DNA of 64,000 nucleotides, taken from assembly GCA_028534125.1 (NCBI GenBank), contig CM052818.1, positions 6,388,001-6,452,000 on the forward strand, written 5' to 3'. The translations under genes were made by a program, and so were the position numbers. The DNA is from Lama glama (Eukaryota). The notes below the pieces were generated by a model. It ran no database searches. It saw only the letters and a program-made list of their open reading frames with translations, and had not been told where the DNA came from. Below, in pieces: positions 51,229 to 62,600 of this stretch; position 1 is the first letter of the stretch, and each line of letters starts with the position of its first letter.

Positions 51229-52228
51229 AGAAGTAAATGAAATAGAGACCATAAAAATAATAGAAAAGTTCAACAAATCAAGAGCTGTTTTTTTGAAAAA
51301 ATAAACACAACTGGCAAACTTTTAGCTCAACTAAGGGAAAAAGACAGAAGATTTAAATAAACAAAATCAGAAACAAAAGAGGAGACATTACAATTGGTAC
51401 CACAGAAATACAAACTATCAGAAGGGACTATTTTGAACAATTATATGCCATCAAATTGGATCATCTAGAAGAAATGGATAAATTCCTGAAAACATACAAT
51501 CTAATAACACCAAATCATGATGAAATAGAAAATCTTAACAGACCAATAACAAGGAAGGAGGCTGAATCAGAATAAAAATCTCCCAACAAATAAAATCCTC
51601 AGGCCAGAGGATTTCTTCAGTGACTTCTAGCAAATATTTAAAGAATTAATGCCAATCCTTTTCAAACTCTTCCCAAAAAAAAAAATCAAAGAGGAAGGAA
51701 CACTCTCAAACTCATTTCACAAGGCCAGCATTACTCTGATACCAAACCCAGATAAGACACTATAAGAAAACTATAAACCAATATCCCTGATGTATACAGA
51801 TGCAAAAACTTTCAACTCTCAGTTTGATTTAGCAAACTGAATTCAATAGCACATTAAATAAATCACACACTATGATCAAGTGGGATTTATCCCTGGGACG
51901 CAAAGATGGTTCAACATATGCAAATCAATGTGATACACCACATGAATAGAATGAAAGTTTAAAATCATATGATCATTGCCATAGATGCAGAAAAAGCATT
52001 TGACAAAACATAGCATCCTTCTGTGGCACATACTCTCAAGAAATTGAGTACAAAAGGGACATACCTCAATATAATAAAGATCATATATGACAAGCCCACA
52101 GCTAACAACATACTCAATGGTGAAAGACTGAAAGCTTTTGCTCCAAGATCAGAGACAAGAGAAGGATGCCCACTCTCACTACTCCTATTCATTATAGTAT
52201 TAGAAATCGTAGCCAGAGTAATTAGGCA

Positions 52229-52329
52229 AGAAAGGAAGGAAGGAAAGGAAGGAAAGGAAGGAAAGGGAGAAAGGGAGAAAGAGAGAAAGAAAGAAAGAGA
52301 GAAAGAGAGAGAGAGAGAAAGAAAGAAAG

Positions 52330-52408
<79 letters not shown>

Positions 52409-52412
52409 AAAA
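52229..52412. repeat. Compound (GGAA)/(GA)/(GAAA)n polypurine microsatellite inside the L1 RT region
   Basis: About 184-bp pure purine tract. Confidence 0.97.
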
Positions 52413-54624
52413 GTAAAAGGCATCCAAATTGGAAAGGCAGAAGTAAAACTGTCTTTGTTTGCAGATGATGTGATCTTATAGAAAATCCTAAAGGCTCCAC
52501 CAAAAAGCTGTTAAAACTAATCAAGAAATTCAGTAAAGCTGCAGGATACAAAATCATTATACAGAAATCAGTTGCATTTCTATACACTAACAACAAAATA
52601 TCTGAAAAAAATAAAAAAAACAATCCCATTCACAGTAGCACCAAAAACAAAAAATACTTAGGAATAAACTTAACCAAGTAGGTGAAAGATCTGTATGCTG
52701 AAAACTGTAAGACTTTAATAAGAAAGAAATTGAAGAAAACAAAAATAAATGGAAAGATATCCTGTGTTCATGGGCCACAAGAATTAATATTGTTAAAATG
52801 TCCACATTACCCAAAGCCACCTATAGATTCATTGCAATCCCTATCAAAATTTCAGTGGTATTTTTCACAGCAGTATAAAAAACAATCTTAAAATTTGTAT
52901 GGAACCACAGAAGACCTCAAATAGGTAAAGCAATCCTGAGAAAGAAGAAAAGAGCTAGAAGCATTAGACGCTCTAATTTCAAACTATATTACAAAGCTAT
53001 AGTAAACAAAATAGTATGCTGGCATAAAAACTGACACATAGACCAATGAAGTGGAACAGAGAGCCCAGAAATAAACCCTCACACGTGTGATCAACTAACA
53101 TTTGACAAGGGAGCTAAGAATACTCAATGGTGAGAGGATAGTTCCTTCATTACATGGTGGTGGGGAAACTGGACAATCACATGCAAAAGAATGAAACGGG
53201 GACTCTGTCTTACACCACTCACAAAATTTAACTTAAAATGGATTAAAGAATTAAACCTGAAACTATAAAACTCCTAGAAGAAAATATAGGGAAAAGCTCC
53301 TTGACAGTGGTCTTGGCAACAATTTTTAAATGACACTGAAAGCACAAGTAACAAAAGTAAAATAAGTAAGTGGGATAACATCAAACTAAAAAGCTTCTGC
53401 ACAGCCAAAGCAACAATCAACAAAATAAAAAGGCAATCTACTGAATGGGAGAAAATATTTGCAAGTCCTGCATCTGATAAAGGGTTAATATCTAAAACAT
53501 ATAAGAAATTCATCTAATTCCTCAACAGCAAAAATATAAACAATCTCAATTTTTTTAATGGGCAGAGGAATTGAATAGACATTTACACCAAAGAAGACAT
53601 ACAGATGGCCAGTATGAAAAGATGCTGAACATCATTAATTATTAAGGAAATGCAAATCAAACCCACAATGAGATGTCACCTCACAACTACTAGAATAGCT
53701 ATTACCAAACGGGTAGGATGTAAGTGTTGGCCAGGATGTGGAGAAAAGGCAACTCTGGTGCACTGCTGGTGGGAATGTAAATTGGTGCAGCCACTATGGA
53801 AAACAGTACAAAGGTTCCTCAAAAAATTAAAAATAGAACTACCAGATGACCCAGTAATCTCACTTCTGGATATACATCCAAAGGAAATGAAATTAGGATC
53901 TCAAAGAGATATCTGCACTCTCATGTCCATTGCAGTACTAGTCACAGTAGCCAAGATATGGAAACAACCTACATGTCCATCACTGGATGAGTGGATAAAG
54001 ACTAGATGGTACATATATACAATGAAATATTAATCAGTCATGAGAAAGAAGGAAATCTTGCCATTTGTGACAACATGGATGGACCTGGAGGGCATTATGC
54101 TAAGTGAAATAAGGCAGACAGAGAAAGACAAATACTGTATGATGTCACTCATATGTGGAATTTTAAAACGCTAAACTCTCAGAAACAGAGAACAGAATGG
54201 TGGTTGCCAGGGGCTGGGAGGTGGGGGAAATCGGGAGATACCAGTCAAAGGGAACAAACGTCCATTTAATTAGACGAACATGTTCCAAGGATCTAATGCA
54301 CAGCATGGTGAGTCTAGTTAACAATACTATATTATATACCTAAAAATTGTTAAGAAAGTAGATCTTCAATGTTCTCACCACAAAAAAAAGGAATGGTAAT
54401 TATGTAAGGAGAGGAGGTATTAACTAACCCTACTATGGTAATCATTTCACAAAATATAACCATATCAAATCACCACATTAAACTTACACAATGATATATG
54501 TCCATTAGATCTCAATAAATTGGGGGGTGGGGGTGGGGAATAGCCATCACCTTTGAAGAAGCTCCTTTCTACTTGAATTAAAGAGGGAAAAAAAACAGAG
54601 TAAGTATTGGATCAAAAAAGTGTG

Positions 54625-56890
54625 GTGACTTCCAGTGCCAGTCAAGATGATGTAAACCCATCATGGCCTATTTCTCCTACGAATTACAATGTAAAATTCT
54701 GCATATAACACAGTAGCACCTACCTGAAGAATCTGAAAAGTAGACAGATCAGAGAAGGGAGTCAAAACTTTAAGAAGATCTGGTATGGCACTGAATTTCC
54801 GGGGAGGGTGGGTCCTTCTCTATCTTCCAGCTTTGATCTAATAAGATCCTAGTTGTGGAACTGTGAAGCAGGCATGAACAGCAAAATGCCAAGAGGAACC
54901 TTCATTTTCTAGCCATAGGAATAGGAAAAAAGACCCCCGTGAGCCTGAGACTGTGAGATAAATCACCTTTTTGTTTTCTCTTCCAGGCCTGACCTAAGGC
55001 CAGCCTCAGTTTTTGAGCTGCACTGCACAGACACCTAAAACCCCAAGAGGAAACCTATCTCTCTGGCCAGAGAAAAAGAGATCCCTGTGGTCCAAAGAGT
55101 GTGGAGGGAACTCCTGTTACATTTCTCTCTCTCTTTTCTCTCACAGCTTTGAACCTGAGGGCAGCCCCAGTTGTGCAGAACTGCATGAGAGAACAGGGGG
55201 ATGGCTTAACTGTGACAGAGATCCATTTTTCTGATCAGAAGAACAGGGAAGAGGAGGCCTAGACGCTGAAAAGTGTGCAGGAAATCAGAGAACAGAGAGT
55301 TGGAGAAATGGATCTTCTAATCCTATGTCTGAAATAATAAAAGTCTGAGCTGCTTCTGTGTGGAACAGACCCAAAAAAGCACATCAAAGGCTTTGAGTCC
55401 TGGCCAAGCCCCAGACTGATACCTAAGTGGCGCACATGGAGGGAAGACCCAAACAGCATAGCAAAAGTGTGGAAAGTGGGACTGATACTGGATTCACTAC
55501 CCATAGACCATGGGCCAGAACTCTCAGTCTGAGCATAATGGGGTTGACTATCTGCTGAAACAAACAAAAGTAATCAACATTCTCCAGAGGATTTCTACAG
55601 GACTCGGAGTTCTGCAACATAACATTCAAAATATCCAGGATACAACCCAAACTTGCTCAACATGACAAAAATAGGAAGAGCTGACCAGTTCTCAAGGGAA
55701 AAGGCAATCAATAGATGCCAGCTCCAAGATGACTTAGATGTTGCAATTATCAGATAATGACTGTAAAATAGCTACTTTAATCATGCTCAGTAACCATACT
55801 ATAAGGATAAATGTCACTGAAATGGATTTAAAAAAAATAAATATTCTTAGCAGAGAAAGAGCCATTTTTATTCAAAGGAACCAAATGGACATTTTAGATC
55901 TGGAAAACACAATATATGAAGTGAAAAATTCACTGGATGGGTTTATAATAGCAGAATGAAGAGGACATAGGAAAGAGTCCACGAGCCATCAGATACATCA
56001 GTACAAATTATCTAGTTTGAAGAATAGAGAGGAAACAAGATTGGGAAAATAATGAAGTCTCACGAACCTGCCTAGCAATATCAAAAAGTCTAACATTCAC
56101 TACAGTGGAGAAAGTACAGTACAGAAAAAAGGGAAAAAAATTGATAGAGAAAAAAAAAGTTTTAATAAATAATGGCTGAAATGTTTCCAAATTTGGTGAA
56201 ACACATACATTTATAAATTCAAGAAGCTCAAATGAACCCCTAACTTAGTAAGTTCAAAGAAAAAAAAAATAACCAACAACATAATCAAACTGCTGAGGAA
56301 AATCAAAACAAAGAAAATATCTTCACAGCCAGAGGAAAATGTGAAAGCAAAAAGAGTTGTGTTTTTGCTTACCCAGTCAGTTTCCGAGCGACTCAAAAAG
56401 ACAAAGGGGAGATTAATAAATGGTTAAGTTACCTATTAGTTTGGTAAAATGTATTTAGATCATTGGGTGATATATATTGCACTGATACTAAGTTAAAACC
56501 ATATCTGAGGTATTCTAATACAAAACTTATAATACATAAACACACCCCAACATCAAAAGAAAGTTTAATTATCATGACACAAAAACTTTGACACGGATGT
56601 TCACAGCAGCATTTCATAATAGCCAAAAGGTGGAAATACCCAAATGTCCACTGATGAATAATGTAGTATACCCACATAACGGAGTAGTATTTGGCACTAA
56701 AAAGGAATGAAATCCATAGGGGGAAAAAAGAGAAAATATCTTTGCATTCAGAGGAAAATCAACAGATTACATTTAGGGAACAAATGACTACAGATTTCTC
56801 CCCAGAAACAGTGGAGGCTAGAAAACAGTGGACAACACCTTTAAAGTGTTAAAAAAAAAAAAAAAAAAGAATTGTAATCAGGAACATGAA
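54625..56890 (+). mobile_element. Ancient L1M 5'UTR/ORF1 region (or HAL1-like), with an internal insert
   Basis: gacttcc..caagatg start; ggaaccaaatggacattttagatctggaaaacacaatatatgaagtgaaaaattcactggatggg; acagatttctccccagaaacagtggaggctagaa. Confidence 0.75.
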
Positions 56891-56904
56891 AGGCTAAGAA
56901 GTAA

Positions 56905-57140
56905 CATTATCATATGTGGAATCTAAAAAAAGAAAAAAAAGACCCTAATGAACTCATCTACAAAACAGAAACAGACTCATAGATAAGGTGAAACAATCTT
57001 ATGGTTACCAAGGGGAAAAAGGGTGGGAAAGGATAAATTGGGAGTTTGAGATATGCAAATATTAATTACTATATATAAAAATAGATAAAAAAACAAATTT
57101 CTTCTGTATAGGACAGGAAACTATATTCAATATCTTGTAG
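56905..57140 (+). mobile_element. Camelid-type L1 3'UTR fragment
   Basis: atatgtggaatctaaaaaa...aatgaactcatctacaaaacagaaacagactcatag...actatattcaatatcttgta. Confidence 0.9.
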
Positions 57141-57290
57141 AGGGGGTATAGCTCAGCAGTAGAGTGCATGCCTGGCATGCACAAGATCCTGGGTTCAATC
57201 CCCAGTACGTCCATTTTAAAAAATGTAAATAAATAAAAATAAACCTAATTCCCTCCCTCCACAAAAAAGGCAATGTAAAATAAATAAATA
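57141..57290 (+). mobile_element. Vic-1-like SINE
   Basis: ggggtatagctcagcagtagagtgcatgcctggcatgcacaagatcctgggttcaatccccagtac. Confidence 0.93.
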
Positions 57291-57666
57291 TTTTTTAAGA
57301 AGACTCAAAGAGTCTAAGATTATTTTTTAAAAAAGAATATCAATTTGCCCAGAATTTAGCTGATTTTTCCCATTAATCACAACATTCCCTCAATTTACAG
57401 ACAGGAACATTGAACCTCAAGAGTTTAAATAAGTTGCCTGAAGGTCATATAGATGTTAAGTGATAAAATCAAAGCTTTTGATTCAAAGTCCCAGTGGTTT
57501 TTCAACTATGCTTTAGCGAAACTGAAATAAGTCATAAGTGTTTTGTAAATGGTACATCACCGTCTAATGGAAGGGTGTTTTAAAACATCATTATCATCAT
57601 CATCTTCATTTCTCTCTGAGGATCTCTGCAGTAAAGCAAAAGGTGGGGCAAATCTGTCACACTGAA

Positions 57667-58185
57667 TGTGGAAGACAGTACACTGGTCTCCAAAGATGTC
57701 CACATCCTGGTCCCTGCAATTATGTAAAAACCTGTAATTATGTAACCTTACATAGCAAAAGACACTTTGCAGATGGGATTAAGGTAAGGCTCTGGATTAT
57801 CCCCATAGGCTCACTATAGCCACAGGACCTGTGCATGAGGAAAGCAGGAGTATCAGAGTCGAAGAAGATGTGACGACAGAAGTAGAGTGCAGAGAATCAG
57901 AGAGATTTGAAGATGCTAATCTGTTAGCTTTGAAGATGCTACAAAGCCAATTCATGCAGGCAGCTTCTAGAAGCTTGAAAAGGCCAGGAAACAGCTTCTC
58001 CCCTAGATCCTCCAGAAGGAGCACAGCCCAGCTGACACCGTGATTTTAAACTTCTGATCTCCAGAACTATGAACACCTTGATTTTAGGACTTCGGACCTC
58101 CATAACTGTAAAAGAATAAATGTGTGCTGTTCTAAGCCACTAAGTTTGTAGCAATTTGTTACAGCAGCAATAGGAACCTAACACA
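57667..58185 (+). mobile_element. MLT1D-like solo LTR
   Basis: TG...CA termini; perfect 5-bp TSD ctgaa (57662-57666 / 58186-58190); internal diverged tandem duplication of about 39 bp at 58035-58112. Confidence 0.95.
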
Positions 58186-59722
58186 CTGAATATTCTAGAC
58201 CCTTGCCTCTTTAACACTCCACATACACACACACACACACACACACGCATACATGCAACCACGCAACCATTATATATTGTACATAGCATCACTTCCCCAG
58301 GTCTTATTCCAGCTTCTACCTGAACTGAGAGCCACATGGTCTTTGCAGTTGTCCACTCCAACCCCTCCCCCGCAGGGCTGCCCAAAGGATCCCTGAAGAC
58401 CCCCTTCCAGTCCTCAGTTCTGTGGCTGTGATTCACTTATCAGTGGAGCTTTGCTTTTTATTAAGCAATTAGGAGAAAAAGCTTAGGTTTCCCGGAGCCA
58501 AGCCTGGAAGTTCCACAGAGGACTCTTTTATGCAAGACGTAAAGTACACTTTATCACGACCTGGAATTAGCACAACTTCCTTAAAAATAAATACACAAAT
58601 AAATGTGAACTTCCTGGTAGGAAGCTTGCAAGGAAGGTTTATACAAAAGTAGACCACCCACAGGATCTCTCTGAGTTGGCTATTTGGAGACTCTCAAAAA
58701 AGAAATAATGTACCCTTGGCCTCTTCTGAAACCACAGCCCAGCCTTTGGGAAACTTGGGGACCTCAGGTACATCAGGACTTGTGTCTGGTGGCTTCTCTG
58801 GGACTTGATGAGGAGGGCAGAAACATCCCCACAGGATATCCCGGATACAGTAACCATCTTTGAAAACTGGAGACATAATAGAAACTGAAAGACAGTTGAC
58901 AAAATCCCAAGGGTATTTCACAGGATCCAGTTCAAAGGCCTCAATGACAATATAGTAACAAATTGACAGGATCATCGGAGTTAATCACAATAGTCCTGTG
59001 AAACTATTAGCCTCAGCAAAATGTCCACTGCCCTCCTTCCACTGCCTGGTTCCCACCGATCTCTGTGTGGGTGGTGCTAATAATTGTTAGGAAAAGGAGA
59101 AAAGAGTTTCATGACGTCCCTGGCAATTTCTAGCTTGGGATCTGACCATGTAAGTCTTCGCTGAGCAGGGATCAGAGAATCTACTGCTTTATGCGGTTGA
59201 ACCAATGAATTTACCAACTGCCTGAGTGTAGGATGCTAGACTTCATATCTTATTGGAAAATTAATGTTTAAAGTCCTTATCACATCCTCAGTTGATGATC
59301 AACTTTAAATCAGAAATGTAGAAATTGAGGAGAATTGTACAAACCATTTTAATACAGTCAGTGCTAACTGGATCTCAAGGTTGCTTTTCCATAGCCAAAG
59401 GAAACAGAAATGTTTGTGAAAGCTCTAGAAAAGAAACTATTTGGTGGGCAGAGGTACAAAGTATTTAGACAAAGCATATTGTCCCATATGTAGAGCTTCA
59501 TAGAGATCTGATATTTCCGTCTAAAAAAAACTACAGATCCTGTAGACACGATTTCCAAGATGAGAACCATAAAGGATAAAGCTGACAGGCCATATGCAAG
59601 TTCTTTCATTTTTTAGGTCAAAGATATTAAATAAAATTAAAATAAACACCACAAATGGGGGAGATACTTGCAACATATTTGACAAGCAAGAGGTCGATGT
59701 CCTTAACATACAAAGAACTGTT

Positions 59723-60407
59723 TACAAAGTCAAGATATCGAAGAAATCTAAATGTCCATCAACAGATGAATGGATGAGGCTGGTAGGGGATAGCTCAGTG
59801 GTAGAGCGCATGCTCAGCACGCACAATGTCCTGAGCTCAATCCCCAGTACCTCCATTAAAAAAAATGAATAAATAAACCTTATTAGCACCCTCCCCAAAA
59901 AACAAAACAAACAGATTAATGGATAAGGAGGAAATGTTTTATATACACAATGAAATATTACTCCACCATTAAAAAGAATGAAATATTGCCATTTGCAACA
60001 ACATGGATGGACCTAGAGATTATCATATTAAGTAAAGTAAATCACACAGAGAAAGACAAACATCATATATGGTATCACCTACGTGTGGAATCTAAAAAAA
60101 AAGATACAAACAGACTTATTAACAAGCCAGAAGTAGGCTCACAGACATAGAAAACAAACTATGGTTACCAAAAGGAAAGTGGGGAGGGATAAATTAGGAG
60201 TTTGGGATTAGCAGACACACTACTATATACAAAACAGATAAACAACAAGGACCTACTGTATAGCACAGGGAACTATATTTAATATCTCGTAATAACCTAT
60301 AATGGAAAAGAATCTGAAATATGTGTGTGTGTGTATATATAACTGAGTCACTTTGCTGTACACTTGAAACTAATACAACACTGTAAATCAACTATACTTC
60401 AAATAAA
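59723..60407 (+). mobile_element. 5'-truncated artiodactyl-type L1 3' end
   Basis: KKNEILPFATTWMDLE-type motif, 3' terminus; TSD aacatacaaagaactgtt (59705-59722) / aacatacaaagacctgtt (60408-60425). Confidence 0.95.
59780..59909 (+). mobile_element. Vic-1-like SINE
   Basis: gatagctcagtggtagagcgcatgctcagcacgcac; TSD aacagatgaatggatgagg / aacagattaatggataagg. Confidence 0.93.
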
Positions 60408-61014
60408 AACATACAAAGACCTGTTAACTCAATAAGAAAAAGAACCACCAGAAAAGTAAGTAAAAGAGACAAAAGCAGGAAGTGAACAATACGTATATGA
60501 ATAAATAAGTACTAGTCAACTTTATTAATCAAGAAGTACAAATTAAAGCAATTAGTTTTTCCCATCAGATAAGATTTTTTTAAATGGGCAGAAATTTTCT
60601 CACATGCTACTGGTAAAAATATAATTTAACACAATGTTCCTGCAAAGAAATTCAGGAAATACATTAAAACCCTTAAAATACGCATTTCCTTTGACTTGAT
60701 AATCACTTTTAATATTAATAATCTCATAATTATATACTAACTAATAATACATGAATATATTCTAAGGAAGTCATCAGGGATGTAGTCAAAGGCATGGACA
60801 GCATTTTTAATGCTGAAAATTTGGAAAGTACCTAAATATTCAAAGTAGCAAATTATTTAATAAATTATGATAACTCAAACAATGAAATACCAGGAAGCTA
60901 TTTAAAGAAATGTGGTAATGGTATATTTATTGATATAGAGTAATATTCATGACACGTTGTCAGAAGAGGACTGGAAGTAAAATAGGATTTATAGTATGAG
61001 TCCATTTTTGTGCA

Positions 61015-61207
61015 AGAGAGAGAGACAGACACACAGACAGACAGACAGATGGACAGATGAATGAATGAATGAGAGGATGGATGGATGGATAAGTGGGTGG
61101 GTGGGTGGATGGATGGATGGATAAGTGGATGGATGGATAAGTGGGTGAGTGGGTGGGTGGATGGATGGATGGATGGATAAGTGGATGGATGGATGGATGG
61201 ATGGACA
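61015..61207. repeat. Compound (GACA)/(GAAT)/(GGAT)/(GGGT)n tetranucleotide repeat
   Basis: Recurrent ggatggatggataagtgg units. Confidence 0.95.
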
Positions 61208-61752
61208 GGCAGAAATAACTCAGAGATGCTACATCTCTGTTAGGATAGAATACTTCTTCTCCACCCCAGGTTTCCTTGAGGAGGAATTATCAATCAACTC
61301 TACTGGTTTCTCTCCATCCCCTTAACTCATTCCATCTCCGGGGAAGGGTAATGACTTATCTGGTTGGTAAGTCTGAGTTAAATAACAGAGATCTACTTGG
61401 CTTGCTTCTCCATTCTTACTTATAGGAGTGACCTGGCTGCAGTGAACACACAGCCTCCCCTGCCCCCTGGACCAGGAGTCTTACCCAGTCCAGTGTCATC
61501 TGTGCCTGGTTGGCTACATCTGTCTGATTCTGGGGTTCAGTCTGCAGCTCCATGTGGCTCTCACACTAAATTACGTCTCCAACTTTTCCATTATCAGCAA
61601 CAGAGAAGACACCCTGGCCTCTATCTGCACTCTTGGCCATACTTCTGATTGCCTGGGCCCAGGTGGGGAAGTAGGGTGGAATTTATTGGCTCTCCTCAGA
61701 AATCCCAGCATCACTCAGTCAGGGGTCTGGGTGAAAAACAGTAAAATCTTAC

Positions 61753-61847
61753 CTGATGAACTGAGGCAAAGAGAACTTTATTAAAAGAAGTAGCACGGAG
61801 GGATGCAAGGATTGTTTTCAGATTAAACAGAAGACCAGAGAATCAGA
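61753..61847 (-). other. Candidate non-coding exon (95 nt; or 8-nt microexon 61753-61760)
   Basis: Strong donor CAG|GTAAGA; acceptors ttctgaccgcctccag| and ttctctttgcctcag|. Confidence 0.3.
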
Positions 61848-62404
61848 CTGGAGGCGGTCAGAAAGTAGGATGTTCAACGAGGGAGTCCCAGGAGGGAGTG
61901 TGGGCCAGCACACCACCTCTTCAATGTTCCTTCCATTTATGCGCACTTTGCTCGAAATACAAAGTCTTAAGGAAGAATGGCCAAATGGCCAAAGGACGCC
62001 TACCCAGCACCTACTTCCCACCTTCCCTTCCCAACCAAGCCGAGATTTCAAGGCTCCATTGCTCCTCTGCTCATTATTTAAGGAAAGTGGATCCCAAACC
62101 CCCAGCCCTTGACTCATCCCACTCCCCCAGCTTCACTATTCATGAGCACACAGGCCATCTGGGCTGGGCCAGTAAGTTGATGACTTGGAACTCCAGGCAG
62201 GAACCCCTCTATCTCTGTCCCCAGAGATGGGCAGGAAAGCATATTGCTTTGGGGGCTGTTGGCTGACTTAACATGCAGCAGACACCACAGACGACCAAAC
62301 AGAGAGATTAACAGAGAATCACTCAATCAGGCCAACCTGAAGCCAGAACAGATGCTAGACAAGCCCAAATGGTCAACGTGCACTGATTATAAAGGCAGGG
62401 AAAG

Positions 62405-62600
62405 AGTGAGACCAGATTCAGACAACTTGGACTTGGAACCTGGATCTGTCACTTTTTAACTGGGTCATCTGGGCAAACAGCCTCTCTGAACCTCAGTTTT
62501 CTAATCTCTAAAAATGAGGATAATAACAGTACTTCCTCCTAGAGTTACTGGAGGATGAAATGAGACAATCTGTGAAAAACACTCTGCACTGCACCTGGCT
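62405..62600 (+). mobile_element. MIR SINE
   Basis: ctgggcaaacagcctctctgaacctcagttttctaatctctaaaaatgaggataataacagtac. Confidence 0.9.

Larger units (their letters stand above)
50112..54538 (+). mobile_element. 5'-truncated LINE-1 (about 4.4 kb; nearly all of ORF2 + 3'UTR), inactive
   Basis: Endonuclease motifs CCPQETH and IIVGDFNT, RT motif LSLFADD, C-terminal [14 protein letters not shown]; many stops and frameshifts; probable TSD aatggccgtcac (50100-50111) / aatagccatcac (54539-54550). Confidence 0.97.
59600..61005 (+). mobile_element. Ancient L1 (L1ME-like) host fragment split by a younger L1
   Basis: cacaaatgggggagatacttgcaacat; taatcaagaagtacaaattaaagcaa; ttggaaagtacctaaatattcaa. Confidence 0.75.

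Noticed and set aside
51965..52629. F/S/L-rich and K/E/R-rich ORFs
   Set aside because: Translations of the GAAA microsatellite.
49898..54033. ORFs with endonuclease and reverse transcriptase motifs
   Set aside because: Fragments of a dead LINE-1 ORF2 with many stops and frameshifts; not a gene, retron or other RT-based system.
61015..61207. Regularly interspaced repeat (CRISPR-like appearance)
   Set aside because: Compound tetranucleotide microsatellite with no unique spacers, in a eukaryotic context.
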